IMG/VR virus record: IMGVR_UViG_3300037834_000026
Coordinates: 1-45,380 of that record
Direction: 5' to 3' (one strand)
From: a virus
Lineage: Duplodnaviria > Caudoviricetes
Length of the DNA: 45,380 bases
This document shows positions 25,771 to 34,849 of the stretch, one piece after another; position 1 is the first letter of the stretch, and the number at the start of each line of letters is the position of its first letter. The translations under genes and the position numbers were made by a program. The notes beneath the pieces are model-generated. The model was given only the letters and a program-made list of their open reading frames with translations. It ran no database searches and had not been told where the DNA came from.

Positions 25771-28406
25771 GCGTCAGGTTGGAAATGAATGCCGGAAGCA
25801 GACAAGCGTTCCTTCAACTCGCCAAAGTCAAGGGCGTCCTCCAGGTCGGCGATGCGGGCCAGGTGCTGCTCGATGCGCTGCGGGTGCGTGCCGGCCGCCC
25901 GGTACTCCTCCACCTTGGCGCGGCGCTCCTCCAGCTCGCGGCGGAACACGCGCGCGGCCGCGCTCCCTTCCTTGATTTCCGGCACGTCGATGTCCTCGTA
26001 CTCTTGGAGCGTCCCGATGGTCGGGATGCTGTCCGGCACATCCTCAATCTCGGGCTTGAACTCCTCATCCATCAGGATTTCCACCAACAGGCAGCGGCAT
26101 TCCCAGTGCCCCGGAGGCTGGTAGCGGGCCAGGGCCACGGCGGGCTCCATCACCCGGCCGTCCATGGACAGGCAGTAGTCGCACGTGGCGTTGTCCAGGA
26201 TGGCGCTGTACTGCATGGCGTGCACGCGCTCGGGGTAGCGCTCGAACACGGTGGCGCGGCCAAGGTTGAACGCGCCCATGACAGACAGCGTGCGCATGGT
26301 GGCCGTGTCGGCCATCACGTCGTCAATGGCGCTGGCGGCGGACTCCAGCGCGTCGGCGACATCGGTGTCGCTGATCCGGCCGGCGCTCTTGCTCGTCAGC
26401 TGCGTCACGCTGCTCTGCACGGCGTGTTCCAAGTCCTGGCCGAACTTGTCCACCATGGCGTCGTTCTGCACCCGCATTGCCCCGCGCACCTCGGCGCTGG
26501 TTGCCGGCACGCGGACGCCGAGTTCGTTGGCGGCCGCCTTCTTGCCGCGCTCGAACATCTCCTTGCGAACGTCGGTGAGCGCCCTGGCCATCTCGCCGCC
26601 GTACTGGGCCTCGATGCGGCCGACGGCCTTGATGTCGTTGTTCGCCACCGCCTGCTTCACCTGATGCAGCAGGTCCGCCTTCTGCATGGCGGTGATGTGC
26701 GTAAGCTGCTCGTCCAGCGCCGTCTCGAACTCGTCCACGGTGTCGCGGATGCTGCCCAGCTTGATCTTGCGTTCCGCGAACGTCAGCGGGCGCCAGAACT
26801 TGCCCTCGTCATCGCTGAACTTGAAGCCTTTTTTTTTTAGCTTCTCGACCTCCTCGGGCGAAGCGGCGGCCTTCTGGAGCCGGAGTATCAGGCCGTTGTC
26901 GATGAGCGCGCTGAACCGCCGGTAGCGCTCGTTGGCCTTCACCTTCTCGTCGGGCTTCTTCTGCGGCGTGTCGGCCGGCTCCGGCGCGTCCTTGGCGCCG
27001 GGCTTCCCCGGCAGAGGCTGGCCGTCGGGCCCGACCTGCGGCGGATCCAGGCTGGGGCGCGGCGGCGCGTCGTCGGCCTTGGGCGGCAGGTCCAGCAGGT
27101 CGCGCACGTGCTTCTCGGTCGGGTCGTCCGGCACGATCACTTTGACCTGTACGAGCTTCTGGAGCGCGTCCACCACCAGCGCGAACTTGTCGCTGCCTAT
27201 CTTCTTGAACTTGAGCTCCGGGTACTGCTCCACGCCGTCGAAGTTCAGGTCCACGAGCTCCGGGATGACGTAGCGGTTGAACGTGTCGGCGATCTGCTGC
27301 GCGATGGCCTGGAGCGACAGGTAGAAGAAGGCGCTGTGGTCCTCGCTGGTGGCCTTGGCCCCGCCGGAGCCGGAGTGCCCGCCGATCTCCACGAACTGCG
27401 CCAGGATGTTCTTGGCGATCTCGCGGTTGTGGTGCTCCACCGACGTGTACAGGTCGGTGAGCGATCCCACCTTGTAGTCCGGGAACAGGAAATCCCACTC
27501 GAAGGGAATCACCAGCCCGGCGCGCTCGTTGACGCGGATGCCGTCCACGATGGCCTGCGCCTTGGCGATGTCCTTCTTGCTCGCGTTCTTCGGCATCTTG
27601 ATCGTGGGCAGGCCCACGGCCATGCGCTCCTGGCGCACGGCGTCGAACTTGTAGAACGAGTCCTTCATCAGCCAGTGCTTGTACGCCGAGCGCAGCACCG
27701 AAACGCCCTGGTAGTTGCTGCCCTCGCGGCGGAAGGTGAAGACCAGAAGCTTGGCGGCCGGGATCGACACCGTGTTCTTGCCCTGGTTCTCCCCGGCGGG
27801 CTTCATGTAGGGCAGTATCTGGGTGACGCCGGGCGCTCCGTCCTCGGTCTCCCACTTGTGGATCGTGCGCTGCTTGCGGCTCTCCAGCGCCTTGAGCCAC
27901 ACGTGTTCGCCGTCGATCTCGTAGACCTTCTCGTGGACGGAGAAGCCGAACGGCAGCATGGTGAGGATTTCGCGCAGCGTGTCGTCCCACGTCTGGTGCA
28001 TGCGCTTGAACAGCGCGTTCTCCACGAACTCGGCTACCTCCTCGGCCTGGGCGTCGCTCGTGCCGTGCTTGTCCTTGGCCGGGTCGATGTACCACGTGGT
28101 GCCACGGATGGGGTACTCGATGGCGCAGAGCGTGGCGAACACCTGGCCGTCGCTTTTGCGCATGCGGTCGAACTGGTCCAGCCCGGCGACGCCGGCCAGC
28201 TTGGCAAGGTAATCCTGCTCGAGGAAGCCGTTGACCAGGATGGTGCCGGAGCCGCCGAGATCGGCCACCAAGTCTTTGAGCTGGACTTCGGACGGTTCTA
28301 CGGCGGTGGGCGCGATCTGCGCGGCCGACGACTTGGTGATCTTGCCCGCCGACGGTTTGCTGTTCTTGGCTTTGCCGACTTTCTCTGCGCGGTTCGGGGA
28401 GGGCAT
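25767..28406 (-). CDS. Portal (DUF935/Mu gp29-like) fused to MuF/SPP1 gp7-like minor head domain
   Basis: ILTMLPFGFSVHE, GVSVLRSAY, HNREIAKNIL, IPELVDLNF; C-terminal YSAILD..TCDYC.SMDGR...PPGHWECRC. Confidence 0.88.
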   Translation of the reverse strand: MPSPNRAEKVGKAKNSKPSAGKITKSSAAQIAPTAVEPSEVQLKDLVADLGGSGTILVNGFLEQDYLAKLAGVAGLDQFDRMRKSDGQVFATLCAIEYPIRGTTWYIDPAKDKHGTSDAQAEEVAEFVENALFKRMHQTWDDTLREILTMLPFGFSVHEKVYEIDGEHVWLKALESRKQRTIHKWETEDGAPGVTQILPYMKPAGENQGKNTVSIPAAKLLVFTFRREGSNYQGVSVLRSAYKHWLMKDSFYKFDAVRQERMAVGLPTIKMPKNASKKDIAKAQAIVDGIRVNERAGLVIPFEWDFLFPDYKVGSLTDLYTSVEHHNREIAKNILAQFVEIGGHSGSGGAKATSEDHSAFFYLSLQAIAQQIADTFNRYVIPELVDLNFDGVEQYPELKFKKIGSDKFALVVDALQKLVQVKVIVPDDPTEKHVRDLLDLPPKADDAPPRPSLDPPQVGPDGQPLPGKPGAKDAPEPADTPQKKPDEKVKANERYRRFSALIDNGLILRLQKAAASPEEVEKLKKKGFKFSDDEGKFWRPLTFAERKIKLGSIRDTVDEFETALDEQLTHITAMQKADLLHQVKQAVANNDIKAVGRIEAQYGGEMARALTDVRKEMFERGKKAAANELGVRVPATSAEVRGAMRVQNDAMVDKFGQDLEHAVQSSVTQLTSKSAGRISDTDVADALESAASAIDDVMADTATMRTLSVMGAFNLGRATVFERYPERVHAMQYSAILDNATCDYCLSMDGRVMEPAVALARYQPPGHWECRCLLVEILMDEEFKPEIEDVPDSIPTIGTLQEYEDIDVPEIKEGSAAARVFRRELEERRAKVEEYRAAGTHPQRIEQHLARIADLEDALDFGELKERLSASGIHFQPDA

Positions 28407-28420
28407 GAGGCGGGCGGGGG

Positions 28421-29857
28421 TTACCACTGCTGGCGCAGGAAGTTCGGCGATGCCCGTTCGTTCTGCTCGTCGTCCTCGCGGTCCTTTTCCTCCGGGCTGC
28501 TGAGTTCCGGTGACGTGAACCCGCTGCGTCGCTTGAGCGATTCGTTCACCGGGTCCAGCGCGTCGATGGACTCAAGAGTACCAGAAAACTCCATGAGGCC
28601 ATAGCGAAGAGCGTCGGCGGCGTGATCCTCCAGGCCGGTGTCCAGGTCTTCCACGTCCTTCTCGTCGTGGATCATCTCCGGCAGCGTGCGGATCAGGTTG
28701 GCGCAGTTGCTCGTGATGCGCAGCCTGGCCGTGAGCCGCCCGCCGTTGGGGTCCGGGCGCGGCGCCAGGAACTTGTGAACCACGTTCCAGCCTTCCAGGC
28801 GCTCGTTGTTGGCCAGCGACACGGAAACGCCGTGGTCGCGGAACGCCTGCGAGAACGTGTTGCCCGCCTCGTTCTCCTTCTCCACCACGGACGGGTCGAA
28901 CACGCCGTAATCGATGTCCTCGTCCTGCGTGGTCAGCGCCTCCACGCGCGCCGCCAGCTCGTCGTACAGCAGGCCGGTCACGTACAGCTCCCGGTAGCAG
29001 ACCACGGTGTCGTCGTTCATCAGCGCCAGCCACAGCACGCACGACGGCTTCTTGAACCCGTAGTCTCCGCAGACGATGCGCTTCTTCACGCCGCGCACCG
29101 GGATGAACGGAGGGACGACGTGGACGTCGCGGTTGAACTCGGTGAAGTACTGGCCCTCGAACACGTCCCAGTCGCCCAGCAGGTACGCCCGGCGCTGGTT
29201 GTCCGGCAGGTCTTCTAAGTCGCGCAGGTACTGCGGGTTGTTCTCGGTGATGAAGCGGTTGTCGTAGACGCGGGCCGGGATGAACGCGTAGTCGGCCGGG
29301 TTCTCCGACTTGTGGAACCGGCGGTCGATCCATATGCGGCGCACCCACGCGTGGCCGACGCCGCCGGGGTTGGTGGAGCCGAAGAAGTTGGGGACGATGC
29401 CGCGCCGCGACGTTCGCAGCGACGTCTTGAGAATCTTGAACTCCTTCTCCTGCCAGTGCGTGAGCTCCTCGATGCACTCGAAGTCGTATTCGATGCCCTG
29501 GTATTGCAGCACGTCCTTGAAGTTCCGGCAGTAGCCGAAGCGGACGGTGCTGCCGTTTCGGAACGTCAGAATGCCCTTGGTCGCGTTGTAATCGTAGATG
29601 CCTTTGGGGAGTTCGGAGAGCATGGGGACCACCATGTTCTCCTCGATCTCCGGGAACGTGCGGCGCAGCGCCAGGCCGCGCACGTTGGGCGCCGACAGCG
29701 CCTGGCGGACGCACTCCATTCGCATGGCGTGGCTCTTGCCGCCGCCCTTGGCCCCGCCGTACAGGCGGAAGCGAGCGGGGCACTGCATGAACTCCCACTG
29801 CTTGGGCTGGATGACCTGATAGGCCGGGATTTGGACGGTGCCGCTAGGCTTGGCCAT
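28421..29857 (-). CDS. terL: Terminase large subunit
   Basis: YGGAKGGGKS, CIEEL, STNPGG.GH.W, GDYGF, EDHAADALRY. Confidence 0.95.
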   Translation of the reverse strand: MAKPSGTVQIPAYQVIQPKQWEFMQCPARFRLYGGAKGGGKSHAMRMECVRQALSAPNVRGLALRRTFPEIEENMVVPMLSELPKGIYDYNATKGILTFRNGSTVRFGYCRNFKDVLQYQGIEYDFECIEELTHWQEKEFKILKTSLRTSRRGIVPNFFGSTNPGGVGHAWVRRIWIDRRFHKSENPADYAFIPARVYDNRFITENNPQYLRDLEDLPDNQRRAYLLGDWDVFEGQYFTEFNRDVHVVPPFIPVRGVKKRIVCGDYGFKKPSCVLWLALMNDDTVVCYRELYVTGLLYDELAARVEALTTQDEDIDYGVFDPSVVEKENEAGNTFSQAFRDHGVSVSLANNERLEGWNVVHKFLAPRPDPNGGRLTARLRITSNCANLIRTLPEMIHDEKDVEDLDTGLEDHAADALRYGLMEFSGTLESIDALDPVNESLKRRSGFTSPELSSPEEKDREDDEQNERASPNFLRQQW

Positions 29858-30503
29858 CTCCGTAGGTGGGCGCGATCTGCGGGATGACGGGACAGTCAGC
29901 GGCACCCTTGCCCAGCACCTCCCCAAGCTGCTTTCCGTGCTTCTCCGCCACGCTCTCGCGCGGCTTCTGCTCCTCCTCGGGCTTCATGAACTGCGAGGCC
30001 GGGAAGCCGAACACGGCCACCGGCTTGTCCGTCTCCACCTTGTGCGTCTCCTTGAACTGCTCGATGACCTGCAACCACAGCTTCGCGGCCGGCACCGGGT
30101 TGGCCACGGCAACGCTGGTCTGGGCCGCCTCAGCGATGTTCGCCAGGATGTCCGGCGTCTGCTCGCGGAAGACGACCAGCATCAGGTCGTAGCGGAAGTC
30201 GATGAAGTCCTGGTCGTGGCGCCAGCGCCAGAGTGTGGCGGGGTCGCGGCCGAGAACGCGCGCCATCTGTTCCTGGGTCGGCCGCTGCCCCTTCGGCTGG
30301 AGCATGTAGAAGGCGTAGGCCACCTTCTCGGTCTCCATGTCCTTGTAATCCGGCTTTTTCTTGCACAGACGTGCGAACGGCTCGACAAGCTCGGTCAGCA
30401 CCTTACGGCGCACCTCTGCGTCTTCCTTGTCCATCTTCTCCTGCTCCGCGTCCCGCAAGAGCCTGGCGGCCGGATCAGCCGACGCCGGCGGGGTGTCTGG
30501 CAT
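29844..30503 (-). CDS. Putative terminase small subunit (HTH)
   Basis: TQEQMARVLGRDPATLWRW; AAKLWLQ; directly upstream of terL. Confidence 0.75.
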   Translation of the reverse strand: MPDTPPASADPAARLLRDAEQEKMDKEDAEVRRKVLTELVEPFARLCKKKPDYKDMETEKVAYAFYMLQPKGQRPTQEQMARVLGRDPATLWRWRHDQDFIDFRYDLMLVVFREQTPDILANIAEAAQTSVAVANPVPAAKLWLQVIEQFKETHKVETDKPVAVFGFPASQFMKPEEEQKPRESVAEKHGKQLGEVLGKGAADCPVIPQIAPTYGDGQA

Positions 30504-31030
30504 TACGCGGCGGGTACTTCCGGCTGCTCGTGCGCGGCCTTCACTTGGTCGTCCTTGGCATTCTGCGCCTGCTCCGTTGTCACCTCGGCCACGTTGGCCG
30601 GATCGAAGGCGCGCGACACCTCGGCGATGTACTTCATTTGCAGGTCGCCGCTGACGCCCTTGGCCTTCACGTCCTCACGCTCGAACAGGCCGGTGAAGAT
30701 CGACTGTAGCATGTCGAAGGTGTGCGGGCGCAGGTAGACCGACACGCGCCTGTTGGCCTCCACGGCCAACTCGGTCTCGTACTCCTCCAGCTTTTCCAGC
30801 GGGATTTTGAACTGGTCGCGCTCGTTGCCCTGGGGGTCGCGGAACACGGCGGGGACGCGGTACTTCTTCTGGATTTTCTTGGCAGCGCGGTCGTAGACGC
30901 CCTTGGCCGGCGTCAGGTCTTCGAAGACGTCTTTCAGGTTCTTGGCGTCGTCCAGAACCTTGACCGGGTGTTCGTTGGCGATGGCCCAAAGAAAGGCAAT
31001 CGCCTCCTGGGCAATGGAGATATGCTTCAT
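30503..31030 (-). CDS. Hypothetical protein
   Basis: ATG 7 nt after TTGCCA-N17-TACCGT. Confidence 0.7.
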   Translation of the reverse strand: MKHISIAQEAIAFLWAIANEHPVKVLDDAKNLKDVFEDLTPAKGVYDRAAKKIQKKYRVPAVFRDPQGNERDQFKIPLEKLEEYETELAVEANRRVSVYLRPHTFDMLQSIFTGLFEREDVKAKGVSGDLQMKYIAEVSRAFDPANVAEVTTEQAQNAKDDQVKAAHEQPEVPAA

Positions 31031-31037
31031 GGCCCGG

Positions 31038-31066
31038 ACGGTACACCCGCCCCCGGCGCCTGGCAA
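31038..31066 (-). promoter_or_regulatory. Sigma70-type promoter at head of packaging/late genes (leaderless)
   Basis: TTGCCA (31066-31061), 17 nt, TACCGT (31043-31038). Confidence 0.55.
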
Positions 31067-31237
31067 GGGAATCGGACATGGTGGGCGGAAATTCCGCTGA
31101 CCGCTCGCCACGTGAAGGTCAGCCACCCGCCCGGAGCCGGGCGCGATGCCGGAGGAACGGTGTGGGCAGACCTTAGCGCGTTCCGTTTTCCCGGCAGGGA
31201 CTACGACCCCCGACACCGTCGCGCGCCGGCGCGGATG

Positions 31238-31885
31238 CTACGCCTGCTCGCCGCCCTTCGCCAACTCCTTCTCCCAGTGAATACATCGGGAATAGAAACT
31301 TGACGGACTGTCGATTCCGTTGCCCCTGCGCCACTCCGACCAGGCCTTGGCGACCGCCTGCGGGCGGGCCCGGCGGCGGAGTGAGGCGACGTAGGCCTTC
31401 GGGTTTCCCACTCCCTCGTATCGGGCGAGTTCTCGTTCGATTTCGAAATCGATGCCCCCGGTGTTCGTGTGATTTGGTTCTGGTGACTTGCTACTCATGT
31501 CTTTATTCATTGGTTCACCTTTGCGTTCACCTTGCCGTTCACCTTTGCGTTCACCAACCCGTTCACCCTGCCTCTGGTATTTGGCATAGTTTACAACAAA
31601 ATACCGTTCACCTTTTCGTTCACTCCATCGTTCACCTTGCCGTTCACTTGTGCGTTCACCAACTTTTGTGATCTGGTCTTCTTTCATCCAGTAAGCCATC
31701 CACTTGAACACCGTGCTCTTCCCAACACGCCAACGGTTGGCCAGAAAGCCGTAGCTGACGGTGACGATTCCATTCTCGAAGTTCGTCAGCGTGAGCAGGT
31801 CGATCCAAGCCAAGGTACGCTCCGGCGTTTTCCACTCCTCGGGCGTGATGCCTTGCCGGTGCAGGAGGATGTATCCGTCCCTCAT
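31238..31885 (-). CDS. Phage replication initiator (lambda O-like)
   Basis: GYILLHR...W...AWIDLL N-terminus, HTH-like SYGFLANRWRVGKSTV, internal iterons. Confidence 0.8.
   Translation of the reverse strand: MRDGYILLHRQGITPEEWKTPERTLAWIDLLTLTNFENGIVTVSYGFLANRWRVGKSTVFKWMAYWMKEDQITKVGERTSERQGERWSERKGERYFVVNYAKYQRQGERVGERKGERQGERKGEPMNKDMSSKSPEPNHTNTGGIDFEIERELARYEGVGNPKAYVASLRRRARPQAVAKAWSEWRRGNGIDSPSSFYSRCIHWEKELAKGGEQA
31513..31659. repeat. Iteron array, putative replication origin
   Basis: GTTCAC at 31513, 31525, 31537, 31549, 31561 and 31606, 31618, 31630, 31642, 31654, flanking an AT-rich spacer. Confidence 0.85.
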
Positions 31886-31984
31886 AGCATCTCAACAGTA
31901 ACAGCCCCGCACACGACAAAGCCCGACAGCTTGGTGTACGAGGCCATTACTGGTGAGATGCTGTCGGGCATCGCCGGCACCATA
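31886..31984 (-). promoter_or_regulatory. Structured leader of the rep gene
   Basis: TATGGT -10 (31984-31979); inverted repeats 31921-31930/31960-31969 and 31886-31901/31947-31962. Confidence 0.6.
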
Positions 31985-32097
31985 GCGCAAGAAGACGACA
32001 GCGCCCAGGACTTCTTTCCCGAGTCGGCTTGCCAGACCGGCCAAATGTGGCTCTGGCAAGGTGGCGCGGCACCGCCGGCGCCGGTACGCTGCGCGCG

Positions 32098-32535
32098 ATG
32101 GAACACGTCATCTCGTTCACGGTGCCGGGCCTGCCGCGTGGGAAGGGCCGCCCACGGTTCTCGGTGCAGGGCGGCTTCGCCCGCGCATACACCGACGCCC
32201 AGACCCGCAGCTACGAAGCCGAGGTGAAGGCGTGCGCGATCCAGGCCGGTGCCACGCCCATCGACGGTCCGGTGCGCATCGAGGTCCGCGCCTATTTCCC
32301 GATCCCGAAGAGTTACCCAAAGTGGGTGGCGGCCGCATGCGCCAGCGAACAGTTCCGGTACGTGAAGAAGCCGGACACCGACAACCTGAGCAAGATCAAA
32401 GACGCGCTGAACGGCGTGGCATGGGCCGACGATTCGCAGGTGTACGACGAGCGGGTGATGAAGGCGTACAGCGCGTGCCCGCGCTTGGAAGTAACTATCT
32501 GGTACGAGCGGCAGCCTCTTCGTGCGGCGGGGTGA
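32098..32535 (+). CDS. rusA: RusA-family Holliday junction resolvase
   Basis: PRGKGRPRF, KKPDTDNL.K..DALNGVAWADDSQV. Confidence 0.92.
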   Translation: MEHVISFTVPGLPRGKGRPRFSVQGGFARAYTDAQTRSYEAEVKACAIQAGATPIDGPVRIEVRAYFPIPKSYPKWVAAACASEQFRYVKKPDTDNLSKIKDALNGVAWADDSQVYDERVMKAYSACPRLEVTIWYERQPLRAAG

Positions 32536-32704
32536 AGGACCGGGATCGCTCGACCGGCTTACCGCGATTCACTTCCACGTACTTCTTGCACCCGTTGCAC
32601 CAGAACACCCGGATGGAAAAGGGCGACGGCATCACCGAACGGCCGCAATTGGGGCAGCGGGGGCCAGGCAGGTGATCGGCCGGCGACGACGTGATGTCGG
32701 TCAT
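32495..32704 (-). CDS. Small Zn-ribbon protein
   Basis: CPNCG...WCNGCK. Confidence 0.55.
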   Translation of the reverse strand: MTDITSSPADHLPGPRCPNCGRSVMPSPFSIRVFWCNGCKKYVEVNRGKPVERSRSFTPPHEEAAARTR

Positions 32705-32846
32705 AGCGCACGGGTGGAGCCACAGCGGAGGCAGATATAGAACCTCCGACCGCCGCACGAATGGGAATACTCGTAATTGTGGTGTAGTTGCCCAATACAG
32801 TACGGGGCGATGGAAAGCCAGACGAGGAATTGTTCGAGAAGTTGCC

Positions 32847-33050
32847 TCATGATTCAGGGAACAAGAACCAAAGGTGCAGCCGCGCGCACGTCTGCTCGAT
32901 CCGCTCGCGGTCCTCGGCGTAGCTGGTGGCGGCGTTCAGGCGACGGAAGACGCAGAAGTGGTACTCGCCCCAGCGGGTGACGGACTGAATTCCGACCAGC
33001 ACGGCCAGGATGGCGGCCACGGTGCCGGTGGTGGTGAGGCGGTTGGTCAT
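32847..33050 (-). CDS. Small membrane/secreted protein
   Basis: N-terminal hydrophobic helix; ATGA-coupled. Confidence 0.6.
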   Translation of the reverse strand: MTNRLTTTGTVAAILAVLVGIQSVTRWGEYHFCVFRRLNAATSYAEDRERIEQTCARLHLWFLFPES

Positions 33051-33280
33051 TCAGCCGGGAACAACAGCTTGTGCATGTAATAGTCCATCAGGACAAGGTA
33101 GTTTTCTGCCAGGACCTTGCCCTGGCCAAGCTCGAATCGTGCGATGCTGGCGATGCTCAGGCCGGTATCCGCTGCAACTTCTTCCAGCGTGATCTCGTTC
33201 GCGCGTCGCCTGCATCGGAAATCCTCACCCTGCTTCTTGATATGTTCCTGTGCCCGCGAGCGGAGATTCGAGGCGTTCAT
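33047..33280 (-). CDS. XRE/Cro-family HTH regulator
   Basis: RRRANEITLEEVAADTGLSIASIARFELG. Confidence 0.85.
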   Translation of the reverse strand: MNASNLRSRAQEHIKKQGEDFRCRRRANEITLEEVAADTGLSIASIARFELGQGKVLAENYLVLMDYYMHKLLFPAE

Positions 33281-34770
33281 GCGGCGACAGCAGGAGCGGG
33301 CAGGCCGAACTGAGCGCGGACCATCGCGGCCGCGTTCGGCGGACAGACAGAGTTGCCGCACATCCTGACCTGGGCGGTCTTGCTCAGCGGCTTGCCCCGG
33401 AACTCCGGGTCGATCTGGTAGTCGTCCGGGAAGCCCTGCGCGCGGTACAGTTCGCGCGGCGTGAGCATCCGCAGGCCGATGTCGGCGATGACGTACTGCT
33501 CGCCGCGGATCGTTACCACCGGCTCGGCGCGACCGTCCCCGTCGTGATTGACCAGGAATGTCCGGACCTCGGCCAGATGCTGGCCCTGGGCGCTGATCGT
33601 CGCCATGGGGTCCGTCACGGGCTGACCGTGGCGGCACGTTCCACGCAGCTTCACGAGGCTCGACGTCACGACGGTGTGGTGTGCCCCGGTGGTGACGGTC
33701 TTGAGCGGCGCTCGCGGCGACGTTGGCGCGTTCCCGGTCGTGTTGTGCATCAGGTTGGCGACGACCAGGCTGTGGTGGTCCCTAGCTGTCACCGTCCCCA
33801 TCGCGTCTTTCATCTTGCTGCCGACCACTCCGGTGTAATGCTTGGCCAGGAACGCCGTGACCAGGGCGTGCTTCTGCCCGCCGGCGACTACGGTTCCGAG
33901 CGGCTTGTCCAGGCCCGGAGCGCGCGGTGCCTGGCCGTCACGCTCGCCGTACCCGGTCTGGACCAGGGTGGCACCGGCGCCATGCACGACGAACGGGTCC
34001 GGTGACTCGATGACGAACCGGCGCAGCCCGGCGGCGACGCGGCGCAGCGTGTTCTTTGCCAGCGGCTTCTTGCGGCCGAAGATGGACGGACACGGGATCG
34101 ACCAGTCGATGCATTCCGCCGCAGTCCGCCATGGTTGCAACTCGCCGCCTTTCGGGCCGTATTGCGGCTCCGGGAAGATGATGGGCTTCTCGTCGCAGCG
34201 CGCCACGATGAACAGGCGTTTTCGGATGGTGGGCGCACCGTAGTCACACGCCCGCAGGGGCTTGGCCTTTACGGCGTAGCCCAGGGTTTTCAGTTGCTTC
34301 TCCCAGCGATCATACGTGGAGCCCTTCCGCTGCTTGCAGGGCAGGCCAGTGTCATCCAGCGGCCCCCAGTCCCGGAACTCCTCGACGTTCTCCAGGATGA
34401 TGACGCGCGGCCGGACCGCCTTCGCCCACTTCACGACGATCCAGGCGAGGCCGCGAATCTTCTTGCTGACGGGCTTGCCGCCCTTCGCCTTGGAGAAATG
34501 CTTGCAGTCCGGGCTGAACCAGGCCAGGCCTACGGGGCGGCCGGCGCAGGCATCGGCGGGGTCCACTGTCCACACGTCCTCGCAGTAGTGGCGCGTAGCC
34601 GGATGGTTGGCCCGGTGCATTGCGATGGCTTCCGGGTCATGGTTGATGGCGATGTCCGGCGAGCGGCGCAGCGCCATTTCGATCCCGAGCGATGCGCCGC
34701 CACCGCCGGCGAAATTATCGACGATGAGTTCGCCGGGGAGGAGGCCGACGGCGGCGCCCAGCGTGCTCAT
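33277..34770 (-). CDS. Phage-type orphan C5 cytosine methyltransferase
   Basis: DNFAGGGG, FSPDCKHFS, LENVEEF, RKRLF, RMLTPREL..AQGFP, CGNSVCP. Confidence 0.93.
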   Translation of the reverse strand: MSTLGAAVGLLPGELIVDNFAGGGGASLGIEMALRRSPDIAINHDPEAIAMHRANHPATRHYCEDVWTVDPADACAGRPVGLAWFSPDCKHFSKAKGGKPVSKKIRGLAWIVVKWAKAVRPRVIILENVEEFRDWGPLDDTGLPCKQRKGSTYDRWEKQLKTLGYAVKAKPLRACDYGAPTIRKRLFIVARCDEKPIIFPEPQYGPKGGELQPWRTAAECIDWSIPCPSIFGRKKPLAKNTLRRVAAGLRRFVIESPDPFVVHGAGATLVQTGYGERDGQAPRAPGLDKPLGTVVAGGQKHALVTAFLAKHYTGVVGSKMKDAMGTVTARDHHSLVVANLMHNTTGNAPTSPRAPLKTVTTGAHHTVVTSSLVKLRGTCRHGQPVTDPMATISAQGQHLAEVRTFLVNHDGDGRAEPVVTIRGEQYVIADIGLRMLTPRELYRAQGFPDDYQIDPEFRGKPLSKTAQVRMCGNSVCPPNAAAMVRAQFGLPAPAVAA

Positions 34771-34849
34771 GCGGCGAGGCGTTCGGCCAGCATTTGCTCT
34801 CGGGTGGGTTCACTGGGCATGTTCAGGTTGGGAAAGGGGGGCAGGGGGG

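Noticed and set aside
20207-28406. Transposable Mu-like phage
   Set aside because: Head genes are Mu-like, but no MuA/MuB, Mor or Gam is seen and an O-like initiator with iterons is present
31513-31659. CRISPR array
   Set aside because: 12-bp period, in-frame in a gene, no spacers or cas genes
33888-34247. Overprinted beta-type ORF in the phage MTase
   Set aside because: Arg/Ser-rich shadow with none of the beta-like motifs seen at 43381-43935
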